A stretch of DNA of 64,000 bases from the NCBI GenBank assembly GCA_965242695.1, contig CBDESU010000001.1, positions 1,376,001-1,440,000 on the forward strand, given 5' to 3'. The DNA is from Cenarchaeum sp. GTDB lineage: Archaea > Thermoproteota > Nitrososphaeria > Nitrososphaerales > Nitrosopumilaceae. Position 1 is the stretch's first letter, and each line of letters starts with the position of its first letter. The notes under the pieces are model-generated. The model searched no databases and was not told the origin of the DNA. It worked only from the letters and a program-made list of their open reading frames with translations. This document shows positions 9,901 to 24,900 of the stretch, one piece after another. Position numbers and translations under genes: made by a program.

Positions 9901-12900
9901 GCGCCTCTGCGCCGGCTCCGCCGTCCAATCCCGTCACTGCGCGCGCCGCGCCGTCGATCACGAGCGACGAGTAGTCGCTTTGCTGCGCCGTGACCGTCCT
10001 GCTGTACGTGATCGTCACGTTGCCGCTTCCCGTGACCTCTGCGGAGATGATCGACGGCGCCCTGTAGTCGGTTAGGGTGAACATCTCCGTGCCGGCCCCC
10101 ATGCTGTTGGGATACGGCGAGGCGCGATCCAGCACGGCCGCCCCGTCTATTGTGAGGGAGCCGGTCACGCGGAGGGGGGCAGGATCCCCGTCGAATGTCA
10201 CTACGTGCGTGTCCGTCGTGTTGCCCGTGAATCCCGTGACCCTGGGGTTTGTGGTGCCGATCACAAGGCCCGAGTACGCCCCCTCCGACGCATTAACCGC
10301 CTCGCTGTACCGGACGGTGAGGTTGTTGCCTCCTGTGACGGCAGTGCGCTCTACCGTGGGCCTCTGGGAGTCGAGCAGGGTCTGCGGCAGCGTGCCCGTT
10401 CCCAGTGCGATGCCGGCCGCGTCGGCCAGGGCGCCCCCGTCCACGTCCATGGTGCCCGTGGCGTTTGTCGGCACAGAGTTGCCGTGGAACGTGATCGAGT
10501 GGGACTCGTGGATGGGTCCCGGGAGGCCGGTAAGCATGCGAGGTCCGCCAGGCGAGAGGACTAGGTTTGTGTACGCGGACTGTACCTTCTTTACCGGCTC
10601 GCTGTACGTTATGGTCAGGGTATTGCCGCCCGTGACGTTGGCAGACAGGATTTCCGGCGCCTGGCCGTCGGCCAGGGTCCGGGAATAGGACGAGTCGGTG
10701 CCAAGGGCGTTGCCGACCGCGTCGGCCAGGGCGGTCTGGTCAATGTCTATGGTCCCCTCCGCGCTGGTGGCCGCCTCGGCGCCCGTGAACGTGATCACGT
10801 GCGCCGCGTCGGCCGCGCCCGTGGGGCCCGTGGCCGCGCGGGATCCGCCGGGCGAGAGGACTAGGTTAGAGTACGCGCCAGAGGGTCGGGTGACCGGCTC
10901 GCTGTACGTGATGGTCAGGTTGTTGCCGCCCGTGACGTTGGCAGACAGGATTTCCGGCGCCTGGCCGTCGGCCAGGGTCCGGGAATAGGACGAGTCGGTG
11001 CCAAGGGCGTTGCCGACCGCGTCGGCCAGGGCGGTCTGGTCAATGTCTATGGTCCCCTCCGCGCTGGTGGCCGCCTCGGCGCCCGTGAACGTGATCACGT
11101 GCGTCGTATCGGCCGCGCCCGTGGGGCCCGTGGCCGCGCGGGATCCGCCGGGCGAGAGGACTAGGTTAGAGTACGCGCCAGAGGGTCGGGTGACCGGCTC
11201 GCTGTACGTGATGGTCAGGTTGTTGCCGCCCGTGACGTTGGCAGACAGGATTTCCGGCGCCTGGCCGTCGGCCAGGGTCCGGGAATAGGACGAGTCGGTG
11301 CCAAGGGCGTTGCCGACCGCGTCGGCCAGGGCGGTCTGGTCAATGTCTATGGTCCCCTCCGCGCTGGTGGCCGCCTCGGCGCCCGTGAACGTGATCACGT
11401 GCGTCGTATCGGCCGCGCCCGTGGGGCCCGTGGCCGCGCGGGATCCGCCGGGCGAGAGGACTAGGTTAGAGTACGCGCCAGAGGGTCGGGTGACCGGCTC
11501 GCTGTACGTGATGGTCAGGTTGTTGCCGCCCGTGACGTTGGCAGACAGGATTTCCGGCGCCTGGCCGTCGGCCAGGGTCCGGGAATAGGACGAGTCGGTG
11601 CCAAGGGCGTTGCCGACCGCGTCGGCCAGGGCGGTCTGGTCAATGTCTATGGTCCCCTCCGCGCTGGTGGCCGCCTCGGCGCCCGTGAACGTGATCACGT
11701 GCGTCGTATCGGCCGCGCCCGTGGGGCCCGTGGCCGCGCGGGATCCGCCGGGCGAGAGGACTAGGTTAGAGTACGCGCCAGAGGGTCGGGTGACCGGCTC
11801 GCTGTACGTGATGGTCAGGTTGTTGCCGCCCGTGACGTTGGCAGACAGGATTTCCGGCGCCTGGCCGTCGGCCAGGGTCCGGGAATAGGACGAGTCGGTG
11901 CCAAGGGCGTTGCCGACCGCGTCGGCCAGGGCGGTCTGGTCAATGTCTATGGTCCCCTCCGCGCTGGTGGCCGCCTCGGCGCCCGTGAACGTGATCACGT
12001 GCGTTGTATCGGCGGCGCCCGTGGGGCCCGTGGCCGCGCGGGATCCGCCGGGCGAGAGGACTAGGTTAGAGTACGCGCCAGAGGGTCGGGTGACCGGCTC
12101 GCTGTACGTGATGGTCAGGTTGTTGCCGCCCGTGACGTTGGCAGACAGGATTTCCGGCGCCTGGCCGTCGGCCAGGGTCCGGGAATAGGACGAGTCGGTG
12201 CCAAGGGCGTTGCCGACCGCGTCGGCCAGGGCGGTCTGGTCAATGTCTATGGTCCCCTCCGCGCTGGTGGCCGCCTCGGCGCCCGTGAACGTGATCACGT
12301 GCGTTGTATCGGCGGCGCCCGTGGGGCCCGTGGCCGCGCGGGATCCGCCGGGCGAGAGGACTAGGTTAGAGTACGCGCCAGAGGGTCGGGTGACCGGCTC
12401 GCTGTACGTGATGGTCAGGTTGTTGCCGCCCGTGACGTTGGCAGACAGGATTTCCGGCGCCTGGCCGTCGGCCAGGGTCCGGGAATAGGACGAGTCGGTG
12501 CCAAGGGCGTTGCCGACCGCGTCGGCCAGGGCGGTCTGGTCAATGTCTATGGTCCCCTCCGCGCTGGTGGCCGCCTCGGCGCCCGTGAACGTGATCACGT
12601 GCGTCGTATCGGCCGCGCCCGTGGGGCCCGTGGCCGCGCGGGATCCGCCGGGCGAGAGGACTAGGTTAGAGTACGCGCCAGAGGGTCGGGTGACCGGCTC
12701 GCTGTACGTGATGGTCAGGTTGTTGCCTCCCGTGATGCGCGCCGAGACGACCTCGGGCGCCATCCCGTCGGCCACGCCCACCGCAGTCGAGTTCAGCTCG
12801 TTGCCGGCCGTGTCTAGGGCAGAGCCAGAGTCTTGGTCGTACGACACCTCTACCGCATCGGGCACGGTGTCCCTCAGGTTCCCGCTGAGTGCGAGCACGA

Positions 12901-15900
12901 CCGTGCGCGGATCGCCCGGCAGGGCCGCCCTTGACAATACCATCAGGCCGGCGGTCCCCGTGTCGGCTCCCGACACCGACCAGCCGCCGGCGCCGCCGCC
13001 CGAGTCGGACACATCCTCGTCGAAGAGCACGCGTATCTCACCGCGCGAGACGGCCGTCGCGCTCTCGATGCCCGGCGCCTGGCCGTCGGTGAGCGTCAGG
13101 TTTTCCCTGCCGACAAGAGTGCCGAGCGGGTCGATTACGAACCAGCCTGCCGCGTTCGGCGGCGCATCGTCTCCGTCGAACAGGATCACGTGGCGATCCG
13201 TCCCGCCCCCTGTGTAGTCCGTAACGTTCCTGATCGTGCCGTCGATGCTGAGCTCGCCGTGCTCGAGCTGCACCGCAGCGGCGCTGAACCGCACGGTCAG
13301 GTTGCCCGGCCCCGTGACCATGGACGCGAGGACAGAGATGGAGCGGCTGTCCGAGACGGCCTCTACGCTGTAGCCGACTCCCATCCGGTTGGGCGGGTCG
13401 GCGTAGTCTGCCACGGCCGATGCGTTTATCGTCACGTTTCCCTGCGAGCCGCGCGGGACGGCCGCATCCCCGTCGAGTGTAAGCACGTGCTCTGCCGTGG
13501 TGTTGGCGGCAATCGAGGCGATCTCAAGGGTCGTGCCGCCGGCCAGCGAGACGTTGGCGTACGCCTCGCGCGGGGCCCCGACCGGCTCGTTGTACGTTAT
13601 AGTCACCTCCCTGTCCCCAGTGAGGTTGGCCGACTTTACGAACGGGACGATCCCGTCGGCCACGCCCCGCGACGCCACGCTTGCCAGCTCGTTCTCCGAC
13701 AGGTCGGTGACGGGGTGCATGCCGGCCTTTGCGTACGACAACTGCACTCCCGTCGGGTTGTCGCCTGGCAGCGCCCCGGTGAGCGTGAGGGTGAGCTGCG
13801 GCGCCGGGTAGTCGCCGATGTTCGTCCTGCTTTCCACGTCAACTCCGGCCGTGGCGGCATCGCCGCCGCTCACGGACCACCCATCTGCCCCCGTTCCGCC
13901 GCCGCTGTCGCGATCCCTGACCGGCTCGTCGAATTCAACAAGTATTCTCGCCTTGTCATCCTCCGCACTGCGCGACACGACCGAGGCGCGCACGATCGTA
14001 GGCGGCTGCCCGTCGGCGAGGTTCCACCCTGCAAGCCCCGGGCCGGGCCCGACGGCCCCGCCGCCCATGCTCTGTATGGCCGCCTCGTCGACGTCCATGG
14101 TGCCCGTCGCGTTCGCAGCCGCGCCGCCCGGCCTGAATGTTATCGTGTGCGTGGCCGAGCCGTCGCCGTCGCCGCCGGCCAGTCCATAGACGGTGCGCCC
14201 CACGCCGCCGACCACGACGTTCGTATAGTGCGAGTCGAGCGCCGTGACGGCCCTAGTGTACCTTATGGTGATCTCGTCGCCCCCCGTGACCCTGGCCGAG
14301 ACCATGGCCGGCATGCGGGTGTCGTTCTCAAGATTGATTCTCTTCGCTTCAACGTCTCCCAGTCCGATTGGCGGCATGGCCAGGTCGAATACGGCGGTCT
14401 CGTCTATCACCATCGAGCCCATCGAGTCGGCGGGGGCATCTGCCCCCGCAAACACGACCACGTGGCTGGATGTCCTGTTGTCCTCTAGGTCTGTAAACGT
14501 GCGGGTGGTGCCGTCGTTGAATCTCAGATCCGAGTACGCAGATGCATCGGCCGTAACGGGCTCGCTGTAGTTGACCAGCACGCTCGTCGCGTTCCGCACG
14601 GCGGCCCAGTTAAACACGGGCGGCTGGCCGTCGGCAAGAGGATATTCCAGGCGGCCCGCGCCCAGCGCGTTGCCGGCGGCGTCGACGATCAAGGCCCTAT
14701 TGGTAATGGGAAGCCGTCCGGTCTCTCCGGTGTACGAGGCGGCGCCGGGAGTAGCGAACGGGATCGTGTGCACATCGCTCCGGCCGGTGGCGGGGGGGTT
14801 TACTGTCTGGAGCCCACCCCGATCCAGTGTGACGGTGCTGTATGCGCCACCGGTGTCCTCAACCGGCTCGCTGTACTCGACCGTGATGTAGTCGGGGTCA
14901 GTGATGACGGCGCGCACGAGCACTGGCGCAATGCCGTCGAGCACATCCTCCGCCGATGCGAGGACGAGCGCGTTGCCGGCGGCGTCGGTCAGACCGGCCG
15001 TATCGTCGTACGACAGCTCTGCGTCGCCGGGGGCCGTGGTGGAAAAGTTGCCGTCGAGCGCGATCTCCAGCTCGTCCGTCCCGTCGGCCAGGTCCGAGGA
15101 CACGGACAGTACGGAGAGGCCCGCCGGGTCGGTTCTGTCGACCGACCAGCCGCCGGCGCCCGTGACACCCGTGGCGTTGACCGGCTCGTTGAACCTGACG
15201 AGTATCCTGTCGAGGCCTACGGCAGTGGCATCCACGACGAGCGGATCCTGCCCGTCGGCCAGGTCCCGGGTCTTGGTCGAGTTGCCAAGCGCCTCTCCCG
15301 TCCTGTCAAGGACGGCGGCCTCGGCGATCCGGATCGTTCCCGTCGAGTTCGGCTGCGCATCGGCCGGCGTGAACGATATGATGTGCTCCCTCGACCCGTT
15401 CACGCTGAGCGGCTTTTGTATCGTCCTGCCAGAGCCGTCGATGCTGAGCATGTCGTACGCCGTGTCGGGAACCGTGACGGACTTGGTGTACCTGATCTCC
15501 ACCGTCCCGTTCCCCGTGATGCGGGCCGATATGATCTCGGGCACGTGGCCGAACGGTATGTCCAGCTCCTGCACATCGTCGTCGAGTGGGTTGGGCGCGG
15601 CGGCCAGGTCGAAGACGCGCGACCCGTTTATCGCTACGCTGCCGGTGGCGTTGGCGGGGACTACTGCGCTCCCGTTGAACGTGATGCGGTGCGTGTCCGT
15701 CCTATCGCCGTCAAGCCCGTCGTTGCTGCGGGCGGTGCCGTTTACCACAATGTCAAAGTACGCCGACTGCGGGGCCTCGACGGGCTCGCTGTACCCGACC
15801 GTAAGGGTGTTGCCGGCCGTGACGTTGGCCGAGACCACCTCGGGCGGGCGCCCGTCCTCGAGGTCGACGGTCGGGCCGCCGGCTAGCTCGTTCCGGGAGT

Positions 15901-18900
15901 CGTCAAGGAGCAGCGCCGCGTCGAGCGTAAGCATCCCTGTCGCGTCGGTATCCTCGATGCGATCGCCGGCAAACGAGATCACGTGCCTTTCCGTTCCGTC
16001 ACCATCCCGCACCGAGGCGGAGGGGCGGCTGGCGGCCTCGCCGTCCACATCCACCGTATACGCGCCAGGCTGCGCCGAGACGTCCTCGCTGTACCATACG
16101 GTCGCCTCGCTGCCGCCCGTGATGCGCGCATCCTCTATTCTGGGCGCAATCCCGTCGGCTACCGCGATTTCGTCGCTGGCGGGCCTGTCTTCCAGCGCGT
16201 TGGTGGCCTGGTCGACGATCGGATCGCCTGCCTCGTACCTCAGCGCAGCCATTGGGCTGTCGCTTGCCAGGCCGCCCCCGCCCAGGGTCAGGACAAGCTC
16301 GGTCGGGGCCGCCGAGTCGATCGTGCGATAGGTTACCGCACTGCCTCCCGAGTCCGCGCCGGATACCGTCCAGCCGCCATCGCCGCCTGCGTTCAGCGGT
16401 AAAAGGGGCTCGTCGAATGCGACCCGTATCGCATTGCGGGACTCGGCAGTGGCGCCTAAGGCCGACGGAGACTGGCCGTCGATCACGGTGTGGTTTTGGC
16501 CGTCGATCACGATCCAGCCGGTAGAGTTGGGGCTCACGGCGGAAGGTCTGAACCCCAGCACCACCGTCCCCGGCACAGTGGTATCGTACGACTCGATGGT
16601 CTGCTCTCCTCCGTCGATCGAAAAGCCGGTGTATTGATTCGGGAAGTTGCCGTGGTACTCGTACAGCACGGTCACGACACCTGGCCCCGTGACCCTTGCC
16701 GAGGTGACGACGACGGGCCGGTCGTCGGATGTGGTATAGTTTTGCGGGCCGTCGCCGAGCGGGTTGGGCGGCTCGGCGGCCAGGTCGGACACGCGCGCCC
16801 CGTCTATCGTGACGTTGCCGGCTCCGCTGCCCGGCGGAACCGCAGTCCCGTCGAACGTGACCGTGTGCAGGGGCGTCCCGTCGCCTACAATGTTCCTTCC
16901 GGTTCGGTCTGTGCTGCCGATCCAGATCGTGTACACATTAGCCTCCTGGGCCGAGACGGGCTCGGTGTAGTTGACGGCCAGGACGTTGCCGTCCGTGATG
17001 CGGGCCCAGTGGACGCCCGGCGGGCGCCCGTCCTCCAGCACGCGCGTTCCGGGGCCGACGAGATCGTTGCCGCCGGCGTCCTCGATATCGGCAGTCTCGA
17101 GCACGACGGTTCCGGTCGCGTTGGGCGCCTGGGCCGCTGCGTGGTAGTCGCCGCCGATCGTGATCGTGTGCCTGGCGGTTCCGTTCCCCGAATCCACCGC
17201 GGACGGCCGGGCCGGAGCCTCCGCGCCGATGCCCATGGGGCCGTACGCCGCATGCGGTGCCGTGACGGGCTCGCTGTACCGTATCGTTGCATACGGCCCC
17301 TCCGTTATGCGCGCCGACACGATGTACGGAGCCTGGCCGTCGGTCAGGCTTCTGGGCAGCGAGCTTGGGCCCAGCGAGTTGCCGGCCGCGTCGGTTAGTG
17401 CGGATGCGATGCCGGAGAGCGTGCCCGTCGCGTTCGGTGCGGCGCTACCGGACTCGATATCGAAGTAGAGCGTGTGCGTGTCTGTCGACGAGCCCGATAC
17501 GGTGTCCACGTTTCGCGCCGACCCGGCTTGTAGCATGACGTCGACGTACGCGCCCAGCCCAGCCGTGACCGGCTCGTCGTACCGGATCGTGGCGTTGTTG
17601 GGGCCCGTGATCATTGCCGAGACGATCTTGGGCCTCTGCCCGTCGGACAGCGTAATGTTCGAGGAGCCGCCGCCGAGGTTCTGTATCCAGTCGAACTCGA
17701 TCCAGCCGGTCGCGTTGGGCGGCGCGGGCGGATCGAACGAGAACGTCCAAGTGTCCGCCGCGGGGCCACGGTGGGGGTCAGAGGTGTCCCGCGCGCTGCC
17801 GCCGATGTTCAGGGTGGGGGAGGAGCCTTCGACGTAGGCATCCTTCCCGGGAAGCTCGACCGGCGCGACGAACCGTATCGTCACATTGCTCGGCCCCGTG
17901 ATCTCTGCCGACTGCGGCGCGACGAGGTAGGGCAGGGCGTTGGCGAGGCCCTCTCGCTTCTCCGTGGCGCGCCCGCGGGGGTTCGAGACGTCGTCTAGCA
18001 CCAGCGTGTCGTTTATGTGTATCCAGGCGCTGGCGGTCGGGGCCGGGGCAGGCCCGCGGAAGTTGATCGTGTGCGTCTCCGTCCCGCTGCCGTCCACCGT
18101 CAGGATCTCCCTGATGCCGCCCGGGTCCAGCTCGACGCGCAGGTACGCCGAGTCGGGGGCAAAGGTCGGATCCTCGTAGATCAGGGTGACGTTGTTGCCA
18201 AGCACTAGGGCCTTTGACGAGAGGTACGGCCCCTGCCCGTCGCCGGCCTCTATCACGACGGACTCGCCGGTGCCGAGCTTGTTGCCGTCCAGGTCCTCGA
18301 TCTCTCTCGGATCGGCCAAGAGGCTGGCGGTGCTCGCCACATCGGGCGAGTAGGCGCAGGTGAGATCGACCACGTGCCGCTCCGACCCGTCGCCCGACAG
18401 TCCGTTGAAGGTCCCGATGTGGGTGTTTCCGCCAAACGCGATCGGGTAGACTATCGTTGCGTTCTTGTAGGCGCCCTGGCCGGTCCGCACGCCCTCGCTG
18501 TACGTGACGACCACGGCGCAGTCGCTGGGCGAGTCGTCGTTGACGACGGCCCGCACGACGACGGGGGCGATCCCGTCGGAGACGGGCACTGCAGTGCCGT
18601 CGACCTCGACGCCGTTGCCGTCCACAATGTCGCCGACCTCGGGGTTGTACGTCAGCGTGATGTCCGGCCTCGTGCTAGACAGGTTTCCCGAGAGTCCGAG
18701 CACGACGGATGCGGCGTTGTTTACGGCGCCGAACGAGGATACGGTCAGCCCCTCCGCGTCGGGCCCGCCGAGCGTCCATGTGGTGCCCGGATTGGTACCT
18801 GCAGAGGTGACGCGGGCGCCGAACAAGACCCGAATGGCGTCCGGCGCGACCGCATGCGCCGAGAATCCAGGCACGCCCCCCGCCAGCGATACCGCGATCT

Positions 18901-21900
18901 CCACGCTTCCGATCCCGCGGCCCGAGAGGTCCTGCACAGCGCTGAGCGTATCATGGCTGAAGCTCATGCTGAGCACCGGATTGGAGTACAGGGCCGCGGT
19001 GCCGGCCTGCGTGGAGTTGAGCCGCACAACCACGTGCGTGCCGTTGACGGTCGTCGACACGCTGGCGCCGGCCAGAGAGAACCCGGCCCCTCCGGCGCGG
19101 TCGCGCAGGCGCATCTGATCCAGCTTGAACGCAGAGGCATCCACGTTGACATGCTCGCTGAACGCGAGCGTCAGGGCGTCGCCTGCCAGCACGGCGGAGA
19201 GCAGTACCGGGTCGACCCTGTCCGGCACCAGTGCATAGAGAGGGCTGGCGCGGTACTCTTCGGACGGGCGGCCCGTCACCGAGCTGTTCACGGCCCCGTC
19301 AAGGACATCGACTAGCGGCGAGGCGGCAAACGCGATCGCAGCTTGGCGCGCCCCCTCGCCAAGCACCACGACAACCTCCGAGTCGGACTCCTGCCGCAGG
19401 AGTGCAGAGGATGGGCCGTACTGCACTCGCGGCGCGTCAGGCGAGTAGACTGCAATCTTGGAGAGGTTCGCGGTCGCAGGGTCGACGGGCTCGGTGAACG
19501 CAAGCTCGAGCTCGCCCGTGCCCAGGTCCAGCCTCGCCTCTAGCAGCGCCGGGCGGCTCGTGACGATCTCGGGGGCCACGCTGCCGGCCAGTCTGTTGGA
19601 ATTGCCCGAGACGTCGTCAAATGCCCCGTCGCCAAAGGTGAGCCTCAGCGTCTGCTGGTTGAGGACGGCGGCCAGCTGGTCGCCGGTCAGCGCAATCTCG
19701 ACCGTCCGCGGCCTAGTCGTTCCGTCCACCTGCGCTCCGGTCAGCGGAACGGGGGTGTCGCCGGCGCTCCCGTTGTGCACCGTGATCAGGGAGAGGTCTG
19801 CAGAGCTCTTGTCCACCCGCTCGCTGAACGTGACGTACAGTATGCCGCGCTCTGTGTTGACCTGCACCCCCACTACGCTCGGCTTTGCAGCGTCCGTAAA
19901 GGTCGTAAGCCGCATGAACTCGGTGGCATTCTCCTCGTACCCGGTGACGGCCATGTGTACCGAGCCGTCGACGGTGAATGTGGCGATGCCGCGCGCGCCT
20001 GCGATGTTTGAGGCTCCGTGCAGTCCGTCCCAGATGTGCGTCGGGGTCGTTATCCGGCCAGGATCGTCCATGTTGATGATCTGCACGCCGTTGCAGGGAG
20101 GGACAGAGGAGTGGCATGTCGATGCCGCGTATGGCACGCCCTCTAGCGTGAACGTGTCGACGTCGTACGCGCCGCGCAGCTCGGTGAACTCCCGGCCAGC
20201 GCCGTGATTAACATCATCCGTCACCTTTTCAAGCGGCACTGGGGCCACCGTCGGGTCTGTAATGTTGAGCATCTGCAGGGAGTGTCCTATCTTGGCAGTC
20301 ACTATGGCGTACGTCCCGTCCCCGTGCTTGAACGCCTTGATCCTGTGGGCCCCCGTCAGCTCGACCTTTGGGTCGCCGCTTTCGACTATGGAAAAGGTCG
20401 CGCTAGGCGAGTACGGGTTCGTAATGTTGATCACCTGCACGCCGTTGTCCCGTATAGCGGCCACGAGCGCGTACCACCCCGTCCCAATCTGCACGATGTC
20501 GACGCCGAGGGCGCGCTCCAGCGTGGTGTAGCCTCCCGTGCCCCCGTGCTCGTCGTCGACGATCGAGGCGGCCACAAGGGGCGATGCGGGGTTGGTCACG
20601 TCGACGATCTGCACTCCGTGCTTGTTGTTCTCGTACGGCCCGCGCGCGGCAATGACGGCGTACGTGCGGCCGTCGATCACGGCCGTCTCGACGCCGGCCG
20701 GCGCGTTGAGCATGTCGAACCTGTTTCCCCTTGCGTCCGGCTCGCCGTCTCGCATGCCGGACACGTACCGCGGCCTCTCGGGGTTCGAGATGTCGGCAAT
20801 CAGAAACGCCCCCCGGTCGTCGGACAGCGTGTGGCCGTGCACGTCATCGGCCGTGATTATTGCGTACGTGCGGCCCCCGATGGCAAAGGTGTCGATGTAC
20901 CTCACGCCGACGAGCAGGGACGTCAGCTTTGACCTGTCCGAGTGTTGCAGGGCGGCGGTCGGAAGCGGCTGCGACGGGTCGGTGACCTCGATTATCTGCA
21001 CGCCTCCCTCGTAGCCCTTCGTCTGCGTCCCGCTGCCGTCCCACGGCCCCTCGTACTCGTAGTACGATGCGACCAGGACGTACGTGCGGCCGCGGATCTC
21101 GACGGCCTCGGCCGATATCGGCTTGTGCAGCTCGGAAAAGCCGCCCCGCTCGTCCGAGGCAGTGCCGAGCGCGACCAGCCTGTCGGGGTCTGTAATGTCG
21201 ACTACCTGTATGCCGTCGTCGTCCACGGCGGCCGCGACCGCGTACAGCCGGCCGCCGAACGCGAGCGTGTCCGTCGCGATCGTTCCGCCGAGCGAGCGGT
21301 ACTTGGCGGCCGTCGAGCACTGGCTGCCGTCGTGCCCGCGGTCGGCAGGGCCAGGGCTCGAGGGGTCCGTAATGTCGATTATCTGGAAGCCGTCGTCGCC
21401 CGTGGCCGAGACTACCGCGTACGTCTTTTGGCCCTGGACAAAGGTGTCGACCGCCCTCGCGCCGCCGAGCATTGAAAACTCGGTCCGCTTGCGGCCGTCG
21501 GCATCGGCGATCGATGCGGTGCGGGCAGGGCGGGCCGGATCGGTCACGTCTATAATCTGCACGCCGTCGTCGCCGAGGGCGCTCTTGTAGGGCGCCGCGT
21601 CGGACGAGACGACCGCGTACGTGCGGCCGCCTACGGACGCGGTCTTGACCGCGGTCGCCCCCTCTAGCCGGTCGAACACGGGGCCGTCCACTGCAGTGGA
21701 TGCGACGGTCGGCGAGTAGGGGTCGGTCACGTTGATTATTGTCACGGCGTTGGACAACGGGGCCGCCACGACGGCGTACGTGTTGCCACTGCCGTCCGTA
21801 AAAGTGTCGACCGAGCGGGCACCCTCGAGCGACTCGAACAGGTTGCCGTCGGCGTCGACGCCCCGCATTGCGAGCGGTGCCTCGCCGACCCCGACGGCGA

Positions 21901-24900
21901 GCAGCTTGCCGCCGATCATCTTTGCGATCGGGTACGAGTAGGCGCCGTGGAAGGCATCCCTGTACACCGTGTCGATATAGTCGTCCGACGTGTCAGCGAG
22001 CGTGTCGTTGTTGTTCACCACCACGAGCAGGTACTGCCCGCCGCACACGATCGGAATCGGCGCCGACGGGTCGGGTTCGGGCGGGCAGTCGTCGGGGCTG
22101 TGGATTGTGACGGGCCCCGCGCCGCTGCTGTTGGTCAGGCTGACCGTCCGGTTCGTGCTGTTGGCAACCTGTACGATTGTAAAGGGCGGGATGCGCCACG
22201 GGTTCAAGTCCTCCCCGGCTCCCCAGAGGCCTTCCGTGGGGAGTGCGAACTTGCGTCCCTCGTACCCGGGCAGCGTGACGTTGACCGCGACCGCGACGGG
22301 GTCGCCGGCGCTGTCAAAGCGCGCCACAACGTCGGACCGCACCGTGTTCAGGTCGTAGCGCGAGCCCGGCGTCATCCACGGTATGGACTCGGCGGGCCTG
22401 GTGGCGACATGCGCCCCATTCTCATCCCTGACTATCCCGTGGTTGGACGATATGGAGGCAGGTGCGGCCGGCGTCGTCACGTCGATTATCTGGAAGCCTC
22501 CAGGGTGCTCGCGCACCGGGCCGTAGTCCGAGACGACGATCAGGTAGGTGCGCTCCTGCCCGTTGACGGTTCTGGTGAATACTGATGCGTCGCGCGCGCC
22601 CAAGAGCTCGGGGTACTTTAGCGATGTGTTTTCCGTGTATGTTTGGCCGTACTTTGGATGCTCTGCGTTATTGACGAATGACGGGCTGGCTGGATTGCTG
22701 AGGTCGACTAGTTCCACACCTCCGGGGGATCCCGGTGCGCCCGACGTGACGGCGGCCAGCCTCGCTCCCCCGGCCGTGAATATCTCAATGTCGACCGACT
22801 GGCCGTACCCTCGGGTCGACTCGAGTAGTGCGACCGGCACGGGCTTGTACGGGTCGGTAAAGTCCACAACTTGTATGCCGGGGCCGAGGCCCGAGGCCAC
22901 CACGGCGTAGGCCTTTCCGTTATGCTCAAACGTCTTTACGTCCCGGGGCTGCAGGAGAGAAGCCTTGCCGTCATCGTCGTTGACATCAGATATCACCTTG
23001 GGCGGCACCTCCAGCGTTTTGGTGGGGGGCGGCCCGGTCGGCCCCGACACCGACAGCGTCGCGTACCCCGACGGGTTGCCGAGGGCGTCGACCGTCCTGG
23101 CGGTGATTGTGTTTGCGCCCGGCGCTAGCAGCACCTGTATGAACCAGTGGCCCGACGAGTAGTGGGCCGGCGCGGCCCGGGCCAGCTCGCCTCCGACGTA
23201 GACCTCTACGAGCACGCCCGGCTCGGCCGTCCCCCGTATGACATGCATGCGCGACGGCGCCGTCTCGCCGTTTGGGTTCAGTATTGTCGGGACGGGGGGG
23301 GGCGTCGTGTCGAGCGTGATCGTCACGGGCGACGAGTGGGACTCGGCCCCGCCGGGCGCCGAGACCGACGCGGTGAACGTGTTGGTGCCGTTGCTCAGGA
23401 CCTCGGACGAGTTCCACCAGCCGCTCACGGGGTCGGCCCGCACGGTCGCAGCCCCGCGAATGCCGTTGTTGTAGAGCGTGACGTCGCTGCCCGGGGCGGC
23501 CACCCCCTCTATGACGTGCGGCGTGGCGGCGACCGTCGCCGGCGGCGTGAGGATTACGGGCGCGGCAAGCCTTCCCGCGCCGGGCCCCACCGGATCGGAC
23601 GCGTCGATTGCAATGTTGGACGAGTGCGAGAGCGACCCCTCCGAGCCCGGCACGGGCAGTGTACGCGAGACGGGGTTGCCGAGGGAGTCCAGGATCGAGT
23701 CCGCGTTGTCGTCGGGCAGCGACAGGGCCCCCGTCCCGTTGTAGGCCAGACGGGCGGCCGTCTCGCCGTGATCCCCCACCGTATACGTGAAGTTGAGGAC
23801 GGCGGTCGGGGATCCTGTAGGCCCCGTGTACACAGCATAGGCCTTGGGATCCGTCGCAAGGACCAGCTCGGGCGCGCCCGATACGGTGACGGGATCTTCG
23901 TACGCGATGCGTATGATAATCTCCGAGTTTTCGCCGTACGTGCCGTTGGCGCTAGTCGTGGTCACTCCGGTGACGCGCACGGCATCCCTGAGCCGGATGT
24001 CCGACGTCTGGCCTAGCGAGCCGGCCGTGCCCGGGTGCGGCAGGACGGGGCTGGCCGCGCCGGCCGCATCGCCCGCGGGCCAGATGTCTGCAAGGCCGCC
24101 GTCGAGCAGTAGCGATGCCATGCCCGCGTACTCTAGGCCGGCCGCCGAGTCGCCCGGTTCGACGGCGTACGTAAAGTGGAGCATATTTGTCCCGTTGCCG
24201 CCCGCATACGTCGCGTTGCGCGGCGGCGACGTCGACAGGGCAAGGGCCGGCGTCCCGGCGACCGCCACGGACGCGTTGAACGAGACCGTTATGTTGATGT
24301 TTGAGCCGGGGGTGTAGGCCGCGTCGGCGTCGGGCGAGGATACGCCCGTGACGATTGCGGTCGCGAGGTGGGCGTCGGCGGGGGCGAATGCGACGCCCTG
24401 GGGGAGGGTGAACGCCCCTGGGAGGCCCGAGGCGTGCTGGATCTTGTACACAAGGTTGTTGCCCGAGTCGAACACCTGGATGCGGTTATTCTCCTTGTCG
24501 GCCACTGCAAGGAGGCCGCCCGGCCCGGCAGCGACGCCCTCGGGGTTGCGGAACTGCCCGTCATTGCTGCCGGGCGCCCTGAAACTATGCCCGATGCTGT
24601 TCACGTGTGTGCGTCCAGAATCAAAGATATGGACCTGGTGGGCACCCCTGTCTACCACGGCAAAGCCTCCGTTGGGCAAGAAGGCCACGTCGAAGGGTGC
24701 CGAGAATTCTCCGATGCGAGGTCCAGCTGTCCCGAACCTGAATGCGAACGTGCCGTCGGAATGAAAGACTTGGACGCGGTCGCTGCGGCTTTGGGCTACG
24801 GCTAGCATCCCGTTGGGGCCAAAGTCGACGCCGTGGACCCTGTCGAACCTCCCGTTGGCGGGGGAGGCGGCAGGAGTGCCGAGGGTGAACGCATGCGTGC

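Noticed and set aside
10596-12735. Repeated 96-aa plus-strand ORFs / possible CRISPR array
   Set aside because: Antisense shadows of 300-bp coding repeats; there are no unique spacers.
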